58,251 nucleotides of DNA from an uncultured archaeon (GCA_964651915.1 CAZYZI010000002.1:1559-59809); one strand, 5' to 3'; shown: positions 8,638 through 19,339, counted from the first letter of the stretch. Numbers and translations are program-made. The notes: generated from the sequence alone by a model not told the origin.

Positions 8638-10398
8638 GTGCGAGTTGCTGTCCTCCATGAAGATAGATGCCAACCAAAGAAATGTCAGAATGAATGCTAT
8701 AATTTCTGTCCTCCTGTTAGAAATGGGATTGAAGTAATAACATGGAGAAAAGACAACAAACCAATTGTTTCAGAACCATTATGCATAGGTTGCGGAATAT
8801 GTGTACACAAATGCCCACATGATGCTTTGACTATTGTAAATTTACCTGATGAAAAAGAAAAAGATACAATACACCGATATGGTATGAATGAATTCAGACT
8901 ATTTGGACTCCCTGCACCTGAAGAAGGAAATGTTATTGGAATATTAGGAGCAAACGGAACTGGAAAAACGACTGCAATTTCTTTACTAGCTGGTGAAATT
9001 ATTCCCAATTTAGGTGAATGGGAAGAAGAAGGTGAATGGGAAAATGTAATTGATTATTATTCTGGAACTGATATTCAAAAACATTTCATAGGTGTAGCAG
9101 ATGAAAAAATAAGAGTCGCCCTAAAGCCTCAGTATGTTGATAGAATTCCTAAAATGTTTGATGGAACATTAAGAGAATTGTTAGAGAATGTAGCATCAAC
9201 TGAGAAAGTTAATGAATTTGCTGAAAAAATAAATATTACTAGTTTAGATAAGAAAGTAAGTAAAATTTCAGGAGGTGAATTGCAAAAAGGTGCAATTGCA
9301 GCTACACTTCTCAAAGAAGCGGATCTTTACTTCTTTGATGAGCCTTCATCTTATCTTGATATTGAACAGCGAATTTTAATGGCAAAAATGATCTCTGACC
9401 TAGGAGAAACAAAGAGCGTTATTGTAATTGAGCACGATTTAGCTATTCTGGATTTTGTAACAAATAATATTCATATAATGTATGGAAGTCCAAACGCATA
9501 TGGTATAGTTTCACAAAAATTAGCTGTAAGAAATGCAATCAATACTTACTTGGATGGATATATTCAGGAATCTAATGTAAGAATAAGAGATAATGCTATC
9601 AAATTCCTAAAACACCCTCCAAGAACTGGATGGGATGGAATAGGATTAGTCAAATGGCCTAAACTATCAAAAAAATTAGGTGATTTTAATTTAAGTGCTA
9701 AAGCTGGTGAAATCTTGAGTGGCCAAGTTTTAGGAGTTGTGGGTGGTAATGCTACAGGTAAAACTACTTTTGTCAAAATGTTAGCTGGAGCTTTAGAGCC
9801 TGATGAAGGTGAAATTGAAAGTGAAATAACTGTTTCTTACAAACCTCAATATATTGAAGTTCAAGAGGATGTTATTGTTGGAGATATGCTAAAATCTGTA
9901 GAAGGGTTCGATGAACATATTCTAGACACTGAATTGAATGGCCCATTGAATTTAGAACCATTGATGGAAAGACAATTAGACACCCTATCTGGAGGTGAAT
10001 TGCAAAGAGTTGCTGTAGCTGAATGCCTACTGAGAGATGCTGATTTGTATCTACTAGATGAACCTTCAGCATACCTTGATGCAAATCAGAGAATGATTAC
10101 TGCAAAGACCATAAGGCGCTCAATGGAACAAAGAGGGAAATCTGCATTAGTTGTTGATCACGATGTATATTTCATTGATTATATTTCAGATGGATTGCTA
10201 TGCTTTGGTGGAATACCAAGTAAAGAAGGTAAGGCTGAAGGGCCATATAACATGAGAAAAGGAATGAATGTCTTTTTAGAAAGAGTAGGTGTAACTTTCA
10301 GAAGAGATAAAAATACACATCGACCGAGGATAAATAAGCCTGATTCAAGGCTTGATAGAGAACAGAAAAGTAAGAAAGAATTTTACTATTCGAGCTAA
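8638..10398 (+). CDS. abce1: ABCE1 / RNase L inhibitor-type ribosome recycling ATPase
   Basis: GTG start. N-terminal Fe-S domain (CQPKKCQNECYNFCP; CIGCGICVHKCP) followed by two ABC cassettes (GANGTGKTT / GGNATGKTT, two LSGGELQ signatures). Confidence 0.93.
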   Translation: MRVAVLHEDRCQPKKCQNECYNFCPPVRNGIEVITWRKDNKPIVSEPLCIGCGICVHKCPHDALTIVNLPDEKEKDTIHRYGMNEFRLFGLPAPEEGNVIGILGANGTGKTTAISLLAGEIIPNLGEWEEEGEWENVIDYYSGTDIQKHFIGVADEKIRVALKPQYVDRIPKMFDGTLRELLENVASTEKVNEFAEKINITSLDKKVSKISGGELQKGAIAATLLKEADLYFFDEPSSYLDIEQRILMAKMISDLGETKSVIVIEHDLAILDFVTNNIHIMYGSPNAYGIVSQKLAVRNAINTYLDGYIQESNVRIRDNAIKFLKHPPRTGWDGIGLVKWPKLSKKLGDFNLSAKAGEILSGQVLGVVGGNATGKTTFVKMLAGALEPDEGEIESEITVSYKPQYIEVQEDVIVGDMLKSVEGFDEHILDTELNGPLNLEPLMERQLDTLSGGELQRVAVAECLLRDADLYLLDEPSAYLDANQRMITAKTIRRSMEQRGKSALVVDHDVYFIDYISDGLLCFGGIPSKEGKAEGPYNMRKGMNVFLERVGVTFRRDKNTHRPRINKPDSRLDREQKSKKEFYYSS

Positions 10399-10433
10399 AG
10401 ATTAAATTTAATTGAGGGGTTCAATAGCCATCC

Positions 10434-13058
10434 GTGCTTCAAAAGTCTTTAGAGTATATTGTTCAAGGTTATACGAACATAATCATGAAGAGGCCTGTGC
10501 TAACGATAGCTATTCTTTCCTTGATTACTATAGTGCTAACAAAAGCCGCTATGACCTTTGAAGAAAATATGACTCGGGATATAGAGGTCTACCTCCCTGA
10601 AGGTGAAGAGTCTACAGAAATTTTAATCGAAGTTAGAGAAGACTGGGCTACTGATTTAATTATTTTATATATTGAAACGCCTAATGCACAAGATCCCAAT
10701 TTTTACAATGATCCTGTAATGGATAATATTACCTATGTTCCAACTCTAAAAGAAATTTCATTACTAGAAAGAACTATTGATCCTTATGGGCAAAATGTAG
10801 ATCAAGAAAACCAATGGCAAGCTGATAGAGGAGAAAAAGATGATATTATTTTTACATTAAGCATTTCGACCTTAATAAAAGAATTTAATTCAACTAATGC
10901 AAGATTCATAGAGGCTAGTGAAGGAAAAATATTTGGTGGGCTTAGTATAGAAGAAAGTGATGATGATACTGTTAATGAAACTGGAACTTATGCAATACCA
11001 AGTGATCAAGAAAGAGTAGATCAGATATTTTCAAGTACTTCATCTTCACTGCAAAATTTTGCAATTGATACAAATGATGATGGAATAATTGATACTGCTG
11101 TAATTCTTTTTGCTTTGAAGGCCTCTGATGAGAATAATGATGAAGTGCAAAAACAAAAGATTATTGAGATTCAGAATCATATAGATGAAAGAATCAATCC
11201 AAAGACAACTATGACTCAAACGGGATTAGTTGTTGTTCTTCATGAAGTTACTGACCGATTATATGATGATTTACTAACAATGTTACCAATGTCTCTTGGG
11301 ATTGTTTTAGGATTAATGATTATTTTTCACAGAAATTGGCTTGCTATACCTGTAGTATTAGTTCCTATCTTTTGTGCATTGATATGGACTCTTGGCATAG
11401 TAAATCTTTCTGGAGTTGTGCTAACGCCAATGATTGTTGCAGCAGGCCCGATATTAGTTGGAATAGGTGTAGACTATGGGCTACATGTTGCTAATAGAAT
11501 TGTCGAATTTAAGAATGAAGGAAGAGATATGCCTAGAGCAACATATCTTGCACTACTAACAACCGGTAAAGCAACCTTGTTATGCGCTATAACAGACTCT
11601 ATTGGTTTCTCAGCTTTGTTCATTTCACCAATAGTTCCGATGAGAACAGTGGGTTTTACTATGATTGTAGGGGTGATTTGTGCATTCTTTTTGACTGTCA
11701 GTATGACGCCTGCAATAATGAAATTAACTGATTATTCAAGACATAAAAATGAAGGTTGGACAAGTATTGCCATTCTTTCTACAAAACAATGGAAAGCTAT
11801 TCTTCTAGTTGTTCTCCTGACAACCGCCTATTCAATTGCAAGAATTTCTGTAATGGACCAGAATATTACAGGGAGTGAATCTGCGCCTGAAGATATTGAT
11901 TCTATCAAAAAATTAAGTGAATATTCAGAAAAATTTGAAGCTGGACAAACAGGGATTTTACTAATTAATAACGAATCTGCAAGAGAAAAACCTGCTGCAA
12001 AAGATTTAGATGTTCTTGATATTATGAATTGGACGCAGGGTGAAATAAATAATTTAACTATAGAAAATAGAAATACTGGAGACATAATCAATGCGTCTGC
12101 ATTCTCAATAGTAGATTTCTTCAAATCTGCCCACATAACTATAACTATAGATAATGTAGATGGAGAAGTATTTTTTGAATTTGATGGGAGTTTTTGGGAT
12201 TTTCTCCACAGTGATTTCTTTGGTGATGATTATGTGTGGGTTGACCTAAATCCAATTTACAGCAGGGAAAATCTGAGAGCTGACATGATTGATGTTTTCT
12301 ATGAATCATTCACAGATGAAATGCGTGCTATGCTCTTAACTGATGAATATGATAAAGCCCTAATCTACGTAAGTATGCCTTACATCAATATAGATGATAC
12401 AACTATTCTTGTGAATGATATTGATAAAATAGCAGAGGTTAGAAACCGCCAAATGTCATTTGAAAATGCTCAAATGTCTCAATTAACTGGAGGGCCTCCA
12501 GTAACTATCGCAATTAATGAAGGAATACAAGAAACACAATTTGATACGATAAAATTGAGCTTACTTTTAGTTTTAATTGCTATGATTTGTATATTTTGGT
12601 CGGTGAAATATGGATTTATTACCTTCTTACCAATTCTACTAGTCATTCTGTGGTATCCGGCGACTGTCGATGCAGGCGGTACAAATCTGAATATTTTTAC
12701 AGCAATGGTTGGTACTATAATCATAGGTATTGGAATTGATAATTCTATCCAAATTACTGAAAGAGTTAGAGAAGAGGGTGCGACACCAGAAGGTATACAG
12801 AAAGCTGTCGAAAACACTGGACAATCTGTAGTAGAGGCCACATTCACTACAATGGGAGGGGTGTTATCAGGAGTTATTATTTCATTCTATAGAACACAAT
12901 TTGTAGGTCTCAGGAATTTCTTTGCTTTGATTATTACCCTTGTATTATTTTCATTGCTTATGGCTGTATTTGCTCTTCCTAGCTTCTATCATGCACTACA
13001 TTATATTCAAAATAAATATGCTAAAAGGAATTGGAGAATTAAGACTAAATCTAATTAG
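10434..13058 (+). CDS. RND-superfamily (MMPL/SSD-type) exporter
   Basis: 874 aa. Two blocks of about 5-6 TM helices each follow a large extracytoplasmic domain, the typical duplicated RND/MMPL architecture. Confidence 0.7.
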   Translation: MLQKSLEYIVQGYTNIIMKRPVLTIAILSLITIVLTKAAMTFEENMTRDIEVYLPEGEESTEILIEVREDWATDLIILYIETPNAQDPNFYNDPVMDNITYVPTLKEISLLERTIDPYGQNVDQENQWQADRGEKDDIIFTLSISTLIKEFNSTNARFIEASEGKIFGGLSIEESDDDTVNETGTYAIPSDQERVDQIFSSTSSSLQNFAIDTNDDGIIDTAVILFALKASDENNDEVQKQKIIEIQNHIDERINPKTTMTQTGLVVVLHEVTDRLYDDLLTMLPMSLGIVLGLMIIFHRNWLAIPVVLVPIFCALIWTLGIVNLSGVVLTPMIVAAGPILVGIGVDYGLHVANRIVEFKNEGRDMPRATYLALLTTGKATLLCAITDSIGFSALFISPIVPMRTVGFTMIVGVICAFFLTVSMTPAIMKLTDYSRHKNEGWTSIAILSTKQWKAILLVVLLTTAYSIARISVMDQNITGSESAPEDIDSIKKLSEYSEKFEAGQTGILLINNESAREKPAAKDLDVLDIMNWTQGEINNLTIENRNTGDIINASAFSIVDFFKSAHITITIDNVDGEVFFEFDGSFWDFLHSDFFGDDYVWVDLNPIYSRENLRADMIDVFYESFTDEMRAMLLTDEYDKALIYVSMPYINIDDTTILVNDIDKIAEVRNRQMSFENAQMSQLTGGPPVTIAINEGIQETQFDTIKLSLLLVLIAMICIFWSVKYGFITFLPILLVILWYPATVDAGGTNLNIFTAMVGTIIIGIGIDNSIQITERVREEGATPEGIQKAVENTGQSVVEATFTTMGGVLSGVIISFYRTQFVGLRNFFALIITLVLFSLLMAVFALPSFYHALHYIQNKYAKRNWRIKTKSN

Positions 13059-13455
13059 ATAACATTTCAGATAATGCTAATACCGCATTTTCAGCATAAG
13101 GAAGAAGGCGTTCTTCTATTTGTTCTGGTTTAGCACCTGGACCTATAATTCCAAAACCGACTGGTTTCATCGAAGCGAGCTGAAGATCAATTAACGATTT
13201 TGTAACTGCTTGCCCCATTACTGCTCCATGCTGAGTTTCACCGTTTTCTATTATACCTAAAACAACAGCACCCTCAATAGATTCTCTCAAAAATAAGCGT
13301 TTAATCTGAAGAGGTACTTCCATTGATCCAGGAACCCAATTTACTTCTTCAACAAGAAGATTATTTTCAGAAGCTATTTCTTTAGCTTTCTCTAACATTT
13401 TTTCTACTAATTCCTTATGATAACTACCTGCTACTATTGCTATTGATTTAGCCAT
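13051..13455 (-). CDS. ribH: 6,7-dimethyl-8-ribityllumazine synthase
   Basis: IAIVAGSYHKELVEKML, VPGSMEVP and GETQHG motifs in the positions of lumazine synthase VPGAxExP / GxTxH. Lies in the rib operon. Confidence 0.8.
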   Translation of the reverse strand: MAKSIAIVAGSYHKELVEKMLEKAKEIASENNLLVEEVNWVPGSMEVPLQIKRLFLRESIEGAVVLGIIENGETQHGAVMGQAVTKSLIDLQLASMKPVGFGIIGPGAKPEQIEERLLPYAENAVLALSEMLSN

Positions 13456-14071
13456 GAATAGACTCCTTGTTTATTTCAGAAATTGTATCTACCATATTTC
13501 GGGTTTGAGTTTCAATTTCTAAATTTATTTTATCTCCTACAGTTTTACTCCCCAAATTTGTCAAACGTAAAGTTTCAGGAATAAGAAAAACATTAAATGT
13601 TTTATTAGATTTATCAACATCTCCAACAGTTAAACTTACTCCATTCAATGCTATGTACCCTTTTGGGAAAATATATCTTATAGTTTCTGAATCTGTTGAA
13701 AATGAAATAATATGATTATTCTCAGGATTATCTATTTCGGAAATACTTGCTGTTGTTGAAACATGACCTGATAACATATGGCCTCCTATTTCATCACCCA
13801 ATTTCATTGAACGCTCAACATTAACTACATCATTTACCTTTATTTCATTAAAAGTCGTAACATTCAATGTTTCTATTATAACATCAAAACTAAGTTCATT
13901 GCCATTTATTGAAGAAACTGTTAAACAAACTCCATCAACGCAAACACTTGCTCCAATCTTTATTCCATTTGAAAAATCTATAGGCATCTGAATAGATATT
14001 TTTGTCAAATTTTTTGATGAATCTACCTTAGTAACAAGACCTGTACCTTCAACAATTCCTGTAAATACCAT
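13448..14071 (-). CDS. ribE: Riboflavin synthase, bacterial/eukaryotic two-barrel type
   Basis: MVFTGIVEG N-terminus, internal duplication (GASVCVDGVCLTV / GYIALNGVSLTV), about 207 aa. Confidence 0.88.
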   Translation of the reverse strand: MVFTGIVEGTGLVTKVDSSKNLTKISIQMPIDFSNGIKIGASVCVDGVCLTVSSINGNELSFDVIIETLNVTTFNEIKVNDVVNVERSMKLGDEIGGHMLSGHVSTTASISEIDNPENNHIISFSTDSETIRYIFPKGYIALNGVSLTVGDVDKSNKTFNVFLIPETLRLTNLGSKTVGDKINLEIETQTRNMVDTISEINKESIHG

Positions 14072-14077
14072 CTAAAT

Positions 14078-14518
14078 TCATTCCTCAATATATTTTTTAC
14101 GATAAATTTTCATTATCTTAGCTATTATTTTACGTGAACCTGCTAAATCTTGCTCCATTTCAGGTAATCTAACAACTTTAACTTTCAGACCTCTATCACT
14201 AAGTTTATCTTCTAATTCTGATGTCGTAAACAATCTTTGATCATATCCAAGAGCAATTACATCTGGTTTTATTTCTTCAACAATAATATCAAGCATATCT
14301 CCCGTTCTTCCAATTACAGCCCGATCTACTGGTTTCATATGTGAAACTACTTCTGCGCGCATCTCAGCTGAAAGGATTGGTTCGCCCTTCATCTTACGCA
14401 CTGTATCATCATTAGCTACAATAACCACTAATTCATCTCCGTGTTCTTTAGCTGCATTGAAAAAATGTGCATGTCCTGAATGAATAATATCGAAAACTCC
14501 TGTTGCTACGACTCTCAT
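14078..14518 (-). CDS. ribL: Archaeal FAD synthetase (FMN adenylyltransferase), cytidylyltransferase fold
   Basis: MRVVATGVFDIIHSGHAHFF...DELVVIVANDDTVRKMKGEPI closely follows the M. jannaschii RibL pattern. The ATG at 14518 overlaps the ribB stop by 4 nt; the ORF track extends to 14578. Confidence 0.85.
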   Translation of the reverse strand: MRVVATGVFDIIHSGHAHFFNAAKEHGDELVVIVANDDTVRKMKGEPILSAEMRAEVVSHMKPVDRAVIGRTGDMLDIIVEEIKPDVIALGYDQRLFTTSELEDKLSDRGLKVKVVRLPEMEQDLAGSRKIIAKIMKIYRKKYIEE

Positions 14519-15210
14519 TGATACCTCTCTATTATCTGTCGGCCCTCTAAAAACAGATATCCCTTGCTTAAAGCCCAACTTTTAGCTTTACCAGAAGATA
14601 ATGAATGGCCATCACTACCAATCATCTCGCAACCAACTGCTACAGGATTCATATCTGCCATTTTGAGCAGGGAAACAATCAATTCTGTATGTCCTTGACG
14701 GGCATTGAGAAGATTAGAATCTGCTATACAAACAGGCACATGTCCTGGAATACGAAAATTATCAGAAACAAGCTTTTGACTTTCAGAATGAGATAAATTT
14801 ACAGATTCTTCAAACACTGATGCAAATGATTTAGAAGTTAGAGCCCTATCGTGATCACTAATTCCTGTAAATGTATCTTTGTGATTAATAAAAATAGAGA
14901 ATGAAGATTTTTTGTCATAAGGTATTGAATGATTTAGCATTCTATCTAATATACTGAAATTTTTATTTGAAGTTGAGACCGTTTCATATATTTCATGAGC
15001 AAATGGTAATCCTAATTTTGTAGATGCTGAATTCTCTGCAGCCAAAAAAATCATCCCTCCGCCATTCTCTCTAAGAAAACGAATACTGGAATTAGTAGAA
15101 TACTTAGCCGAAAAAAATATATCTGTTTCTCCTTCTCTATCTGTTTCATCAAATACAAGAATTGGCTTTCCTTCTCTCAAAGTTAAAGCTATATTTTCTA
15201 TGTCTAACAT
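14515..15210 (-). CDS. ribB: 3,4-dihydroxy-2-butanone 4-phosphate synthase
   Basis: LREGKPILVFDETDREGETDIFF and RPGHT-like RIPGHVPVC motifs. Confidence 0.88.
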   Translation of the reverse strand: MLDIENIALTLREGKPILVFDETDREGETDIFFSAKYSTNSSIRFLRENGGGMIFLAAENSASTKLGLPFAHEIYETVSTSNKNFSILDRMLNHSIPYDKKSSFSIFINHKDTFTGISDHDRALTSKSFASVFEESVNLSHSESQKLVSDNFRIPGHVPVCIADSNLLNARQGHTELIVSLLKMADMNPVAVGCEMIGSDGHSLSSGKAKSWALSKGYLFLEGRQIIERYQ

Positions 15211-15299
15211 ATTATCATTTACAGGTTTTTTGGTACCTTCGTATAATTTAATTTTGATGTAGGCATTAAATAATTGCGTATATACTCAAAAATGAGTAT

Positions 15300-15854
15300 T
15301 CAATCTATATCATACGTCACAAAATCAATTTTCGCACTATCTTGTGATTTTAAACTCACATATCTTGTGCAAGACAAATCGCCTTTCTCAAGCTTAACAA
15401 TCATAAGTGAACCATAATCTCTATTGCAAATTAAATGTTCCTTTTCTGGAGAAAAATAAATGTCATTTCCTCCCCATTCTAATCTCCATTTCTTTGTAAA
15501 ATCATAAACAATTACCAATCTTTTAGGTTCAGATTCTTCCATATGTAATAATGAATAATCTCCTGCTGAATAAGACAAATGATTAGCTGTAGAAAATTTC
15601 GGATTTAAACCTGTTGCGTCTTGCAGAAACTCGATAAACTCTGCAGATTTCCAAAAGTCTTCTAAAACTGCAGGGCCTTTTTTCCGTTTAAAATATCCTA
15701 TCTTCTCATCCTCAACTAATTTAGGATTGTAATCTATTGACTCCAAATCCAAAAATTTAGAAAGTCGAACAAAGGGAACATCTGATGAATTAAAAATCAT
15801 CTTGAGATTCGAGATTGTTTCTTTGGCTAAATAATAAAAATTAATGTCAGGCAT
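15300..15854 (-). CDS. OGFOD1/Tpa1/Ofd1 C-terminal (non-catalytic DSBH) domain-like protein
   Basis: SAEFIEFLQDATGL...YSAGDYSLLH...WGGNDIYF...YGSLMIV follows the pattern of the C-terminal degradation/dimerisation domain of eukaryotic OGFOD1/Ofd1. 8-nt overlap with the upstream oxygenase gene. Confidence 0.65.
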   Translation of the reverse strand: MPDINFYYLAKETISNLKMIFNSSDVPFVRLSKFLDLESIDYNPKLVEDEKIGYFKRKKGPAVLEDFWKSAEFIEFLQDATGLNPKFSTANHLSYSAGDYSLLHMEESEPKRLVIVYDFTKKWRLEWGGNDIYFSPEKEHLICNRDYGSLMIVKLEKGDLSCTRYVSLKSQDSAKIDFVTYDID

Positions 15855-16422
15855 GGTACCATCCTGTAACTGTTAATCTTTGAATATCCTCTAAAACCTC
15901 TCCGACTTGATGCCATGACTTGTTAGAAACTTCAAACATAATTAATGAATTGTATTCAGGAATTATACTCTTTACTAATTTTGATTTGCCCTCATTGTCA
16001 GCCTCATAGAGATGCAATGCTCCTCCCATATCTTCAAATATTTCAACATCTGTCAAATGTAAACTATAGGCAATAATTCTACCCTCAACTTGATCATCAT
16101 GCGGCAGTAAAAAAGAACCAAGACCATAGACGTAAGCACTCATATCTATCTTTGAAAGCTGCTTAACGTCAAACTTCTTTGCTACCTTATCACGCCAATT
16201 TTCATCACCCAAATCATCTCTAAGAATATTTATTACAGGATGATCTACATCTGTTAATCCAAAGGATAAATAATTAAATAAATCTGAATCATCAAACTCA
16301 TATTCTAAACCTGCTAATGCATAAGTCACTAAATCTAAAGTTTGTTCATCAAGAAAATTTTTTACAATAACATGAGGAAAAGGAGATTTGATAAGCTTCG
16401 GTATTTTTTCAGTTTCTCGCAT
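15847..16422 (-). CDS. 2OG-Fe(II) oxygenase, OGFOD1/Tpa1-like prolyl hydroxylase catalytic domain
   Basis: PFPHVIVKNFL N-terminus. The HxD facial triad in LLPHDDQVEGRIIAYSLHL matches human OGFOD1 LLCHDDELEGRRIAFILYL. Distal His in SWHQV, and Arg in RLTVTGWYH. Confidence 0.8.
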   Translation of the reverse strand: MRETEKIPKLIKSPFPHVIVKNFLDEQTLDLVTYALAGLEYEFDDSDLFNYLSFGLTDVDHPVINILRDDLGDENWRDKVAKKFDVKQLSKIDMSAYVYGLGSFLLPHDDQVEGRIIAYSLHLTDVEIFEDMGGALHLYEADNEGKSKLVKSIIPEYNSLIMFEVSNKSWHQVGEVLEDIQRLTVTGWYHA

Positions 16423-17311
16423 TTTCTCTCCTTAACCACTCCATCATTCCCTCAACTGTACCTAGATGGGTATTACCCTGATGAATTCCATGATTTTTAT
16501 CACTTTCTAAAAGCCCTGGCCTTTTCTCAAATAAAATTTCCAATATTTCCTTAGATGATAATTCTTGATTGGAGCCTTCCTCAATGATATTCATCCAAAT
16601 TTCAAATTCTTTTTTAGTTTTATCTAAAACATTTTCTACTTTTCTAGGTCCAAAATGTGTGTAAAACAAAAAATTTAAATCTAATGATGTCATCTTTTGT
16701 ATACTTTCTAAGGCTAAATCATGCCTATAATATCCTGGAGTAACTGGAAAAGACTTACCTAAACTAGGATACCACAAACCTGCAGAATCACCCACAAATG
16801 CGTCTTTACCATAAATCCAAGTTATGTGATGTGGGGCGTGTCCTGGCGTATGAAGTGCTTTGATACTATATTTCCCTAAAGATAATTCAAATCCATCATC
16901 TGCAGAAATAATTCGAGAATTTAAAATTGGCTTAGGTTTACCATATAATTTGGCTACGTCTCCTAAAAATTCGCTACTCCCTTGCCACCAATCACCTATT
17001 TCAGAAACGTGCTTGCGTGCTTTAGGATGAACAATAGCTTTAGCATTTTCACATATATCTATTATATGGCCTCCTCCCCCAAAATGATCCAAATGAATGT
17101 GTGTAGGAATTACGTAGTCAATATCACTGGGGCTTAAACCAGCCTTGCCAATTCCTTCAACTAAAGTTGAATGTGAGCAAGCTGGTCCTGTTTCAACCAA
17201 TCCTATTTTTTCATCTTTAATTAAATAAATTGATATGAAATCAGATTCATCATTAGGGCGTAAGTCAAACCAACATACATTATCGCTATGTTCTTTGATT
17301 GATACAGTCAC
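16409..17311 (-). CDS. Metallo-beta-lactamase fold hydrolase
   Basis: GTG start. THIHLDHFGGGG (HxHxDH) motif plus downstream His/Asp ligands (HTPGHAPHH, GDSAG). Confidence 0.85.
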   Translation of the reverse strand: MTVSIKEHSDNVCWFDLRPNDESDFISIYLIKDEKIGLVETGPACSHSTLVEGIGKAGLSPSDIDYVIPTHIHLDHFGGGGHIIDICENAKAIVHPKARKHVSEIGDWWQGSSEFLGDVAKLYGKPKPILNSRIISADDGFELSLGKYSIKALHTPGHAPHHITWIYGKDAFVGDSAGLWYPSLGKSFPVTPGYYRHDLALESIQKMTSLDLNFLFYTHFGPRKVENVLDKTKKEFEIWMNIIEEGSNQELSSKEILEILFEKRPGLLESDKNHGIHQGNTHLGTVEGMMEWLRRENARN

Positions 17312-17390
17312 AATATATCATAAGATAGGGGTTTAAGTTGACCATCTATCTTATAGAGACCAGTTGACATGTATTAGCCCGTTGAGTCAA

Positions 17391-18992
17391 ATGAAATACA
17401 TAATTGTGACTGGCGGAGTTCTTTCAGGTTTAGGTAAGGGTGTAACTTCTTCTTCTGCTGGACTTCTTTTACAGTGTGCAGGCTATAAAGTAACTGCAGT
17501 AAAAATTGATCCATATCTGAATGTAGATGCAGGAACTATGAACCCATATGAACACGGAGAAGTGTTCGTAATGACGGATGGCGCTGAAGTAGATTTAGAC
17601 CTTGGAAACTATGAAAGATTTCTAAAATGTAACTTGACTAAGGAACACAATATAACAACCGGAAAAGTTTTCAAAAAAGTTATAGAAAAAGAAAGACGTG
17701 GAGATTACTTAGGTCAAACTGTACAAATTATACCGCACATTGTTAGAGAAATTGTTGATGGAATAAAAAACGCAGCTGAAAATGCGAAAGCCGATGTTTG
17801 TGTTATTGAATTAGGTGGAACGGTTGGAGACATCGAATCAATGCCTTTCATGGAAGCTGCACGATTATTAGGACGTGAAGAAGGACGTGAAAATGTTATG
17901 TTTATTCATACAACGTTAGTTCCTGTTGTTGGCTCTGTGGGAGAACAAAAAACAAAACCGACCCAACATTCAGTCAAAGAATTGCAAGGACTTGGAATTA
18001 GACCTGATGTGATTGTAGGAAGAAGTGACAACGTTTTGGATGAAGATATAGCTTCAAAAATTGCTTTTTTTGCAGATATACCACGAGAAGCTGTTATTTC
18101 AGCACCAGATGCGAAAACAATCTATGAAGTTCCACTAATATTTTTAGAACAAAAATTTCCCGAATTAATAGAAAAAAGATTAGGACTTAAAAAGAAAAAA
18201 CCTGATGTTAAAGATTGGAAAAATTTTGTAGACAGGATAACAAACGGTGGCGAAGAAGTTGAAATTGCAATCATAGGAAAATATACTTCATTAAAAGATT
18301 CATACATTTCACATGAAGAAACATTAAGATATGCTGGTGCAGTTTTAGGATGTAAAGTCAAAATAAGATGGATTGAAGCACCAGATTTAGAAGATTCAAA
18401 AGATACTAAAGCTTTGGAAGGTGTAGATGGAGTAATTGTTCCAGGCGGATTTGGTAGTAGAGGTTCTGAAGGCAAAATAATGGCTGCAGGGTGGGCAAGA
18501 ACTAATCAAATTCCGTATTTGGGTGTCTGTTTTGGATTCCAATTAGCAACGGTTGAATTTTGTAGAAACGTATTAGGACTAAAAAATGCAAATTCATCTG
18601 AATTAGAGCCTGAAGGTGAACATCCTGTAATTGATATCTTACCAGAACAAGAAGGAGTGAAAGACATGGGAGCTACTATGAGATTAGGGGATCATAAAAT
18701 TAAAGTTTCAGATGGAAAAGCAAAGGATTTGTATGGAAGTAATGTAATATTTGAAAGACATCGTCATAGATATGAAATAAATCCAAAATATATTGAACAA
18801 ATAGAAGCAAAAGGTATGAAATACACTGGAAGAAACAGTAGCGGAAGAAGAATGGAAATATTAGAATTGGAAGGGCATCCCTATTTTGTAGCATCGCAAT
18901 TTCATCCTGAATTTAAGTCAAGACCAGATGCACCTTCACCCTTACATTTAGGTCTCGTAAAGGCTGCTTTAGCCCATAAAAAATCAGGGTAA
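17391..18992 (+). CDS. pyrG: CTP synthase
   Basis: [18 protein letters not shown]-terminus (the ORF track starts 9 codons earlier at a TTG), GTVGDIES, and the glutaminase domain GVCFGFQ ... HRHRYE. Confidence 0.93.
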   Translation: MKYIIVTGGVLSGLGKGVTSSSAGLLLQCAGYKVTAVKIDPYLNVDAGTMNPYEHGEVFVMTDGAEVDLDLGNYERFLKCNLTKEHNITTGKVFKKVIEKERRGDYLGQTVQIIPHIVREIVDGIKNAAENAKADVCVIELGGTVGDIESMPFMEAARLLGREEGRENVMFIHTTLVPVVGSVGEQKTKPTQHSVKELQGLGIRPDVIVGRSDNVLDEDIASKIAFFADIPREAVISAPDAKTIYEVPLIFLEQKFPELIEKRLGLKKKKPDVKDWKNFVDRITNGGEEVEIAIIGKYTSLKDSYISHEETLRYAGAVLGCKVKIRWIEAPDLEDSKDTKALEGVDGVIVPGGFGSRGSEGKIMAAGWARTNQIPYLGVCFGFQLATVEFCRNVLGLKNANSSELEPEGEHPVIDILPEQEGVKDMGATMRLGDHKIKVSDGKAKDLYGSNVIFERHRHRYEINPKYIEQIEAKGMKYTGRNSSGRRMEILELEGHPYFVASQFHPEFKSRPDAPSPLHLGLVKAALAHKKSG

Positions 18993-19022
18993 GCTTATTA
19001 AGCTGTAATTTCTGGCCTTATT

Positions 19023-19337
19023 ATGTCAGAAGACAATGATAATGGTGAGAGTTTTGATGAATTCAAAGGCAGACCTGATCCTTCAGAAGGTGGATTAACC
19101 ACAAGTGAAATGATGTGGGGGGCTGGTTTTTTCTTAATTGTAGTTGGATTTATCTTAGGCCTTGTAAGATTAATGGGTCTAAAAGGTGGTGAATTGTCTG
19201 CTGATTATGAAGGAAACCTTAACCAACTTTACCTAAGTTATATCATAATGTTTATTGGAATGGTAATAACTAGTGTTATAGGATTCGGAGGAATGTTCAA
19301 AAGAGCAGTAACTTCGTTCGTATCTTCTGAAGAATAA
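19023..19337 (+). CDS. Small two-TM membrane protein
   Basis: Acidic N-terminus followed by two hydrophobic helices. No recognisable family. Confidence 0.55.
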   Translation: MSEDNDNGESFDEFKGRPDPSEGGLTTSEMMWGAGFFLIVVGFILGLVRLMGLKGGELSADYEGNLNQLYLSYIIMFIGMVITSVIGFGGMFKRAVTSFVSSEE

Positions 19338-19339
19338 AA

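Noticed and set aside
15300-16422. The oxygenase pair as a pseudogene (one gene broken by a frameshift)
   Set aside because: The break coincides with the domain boundary. The downstream ORF has its own ATG with an 8-nt overlap typical of coupled genes, and both ORFs are intact. An artefact is still flagged as a possibility in the finding.
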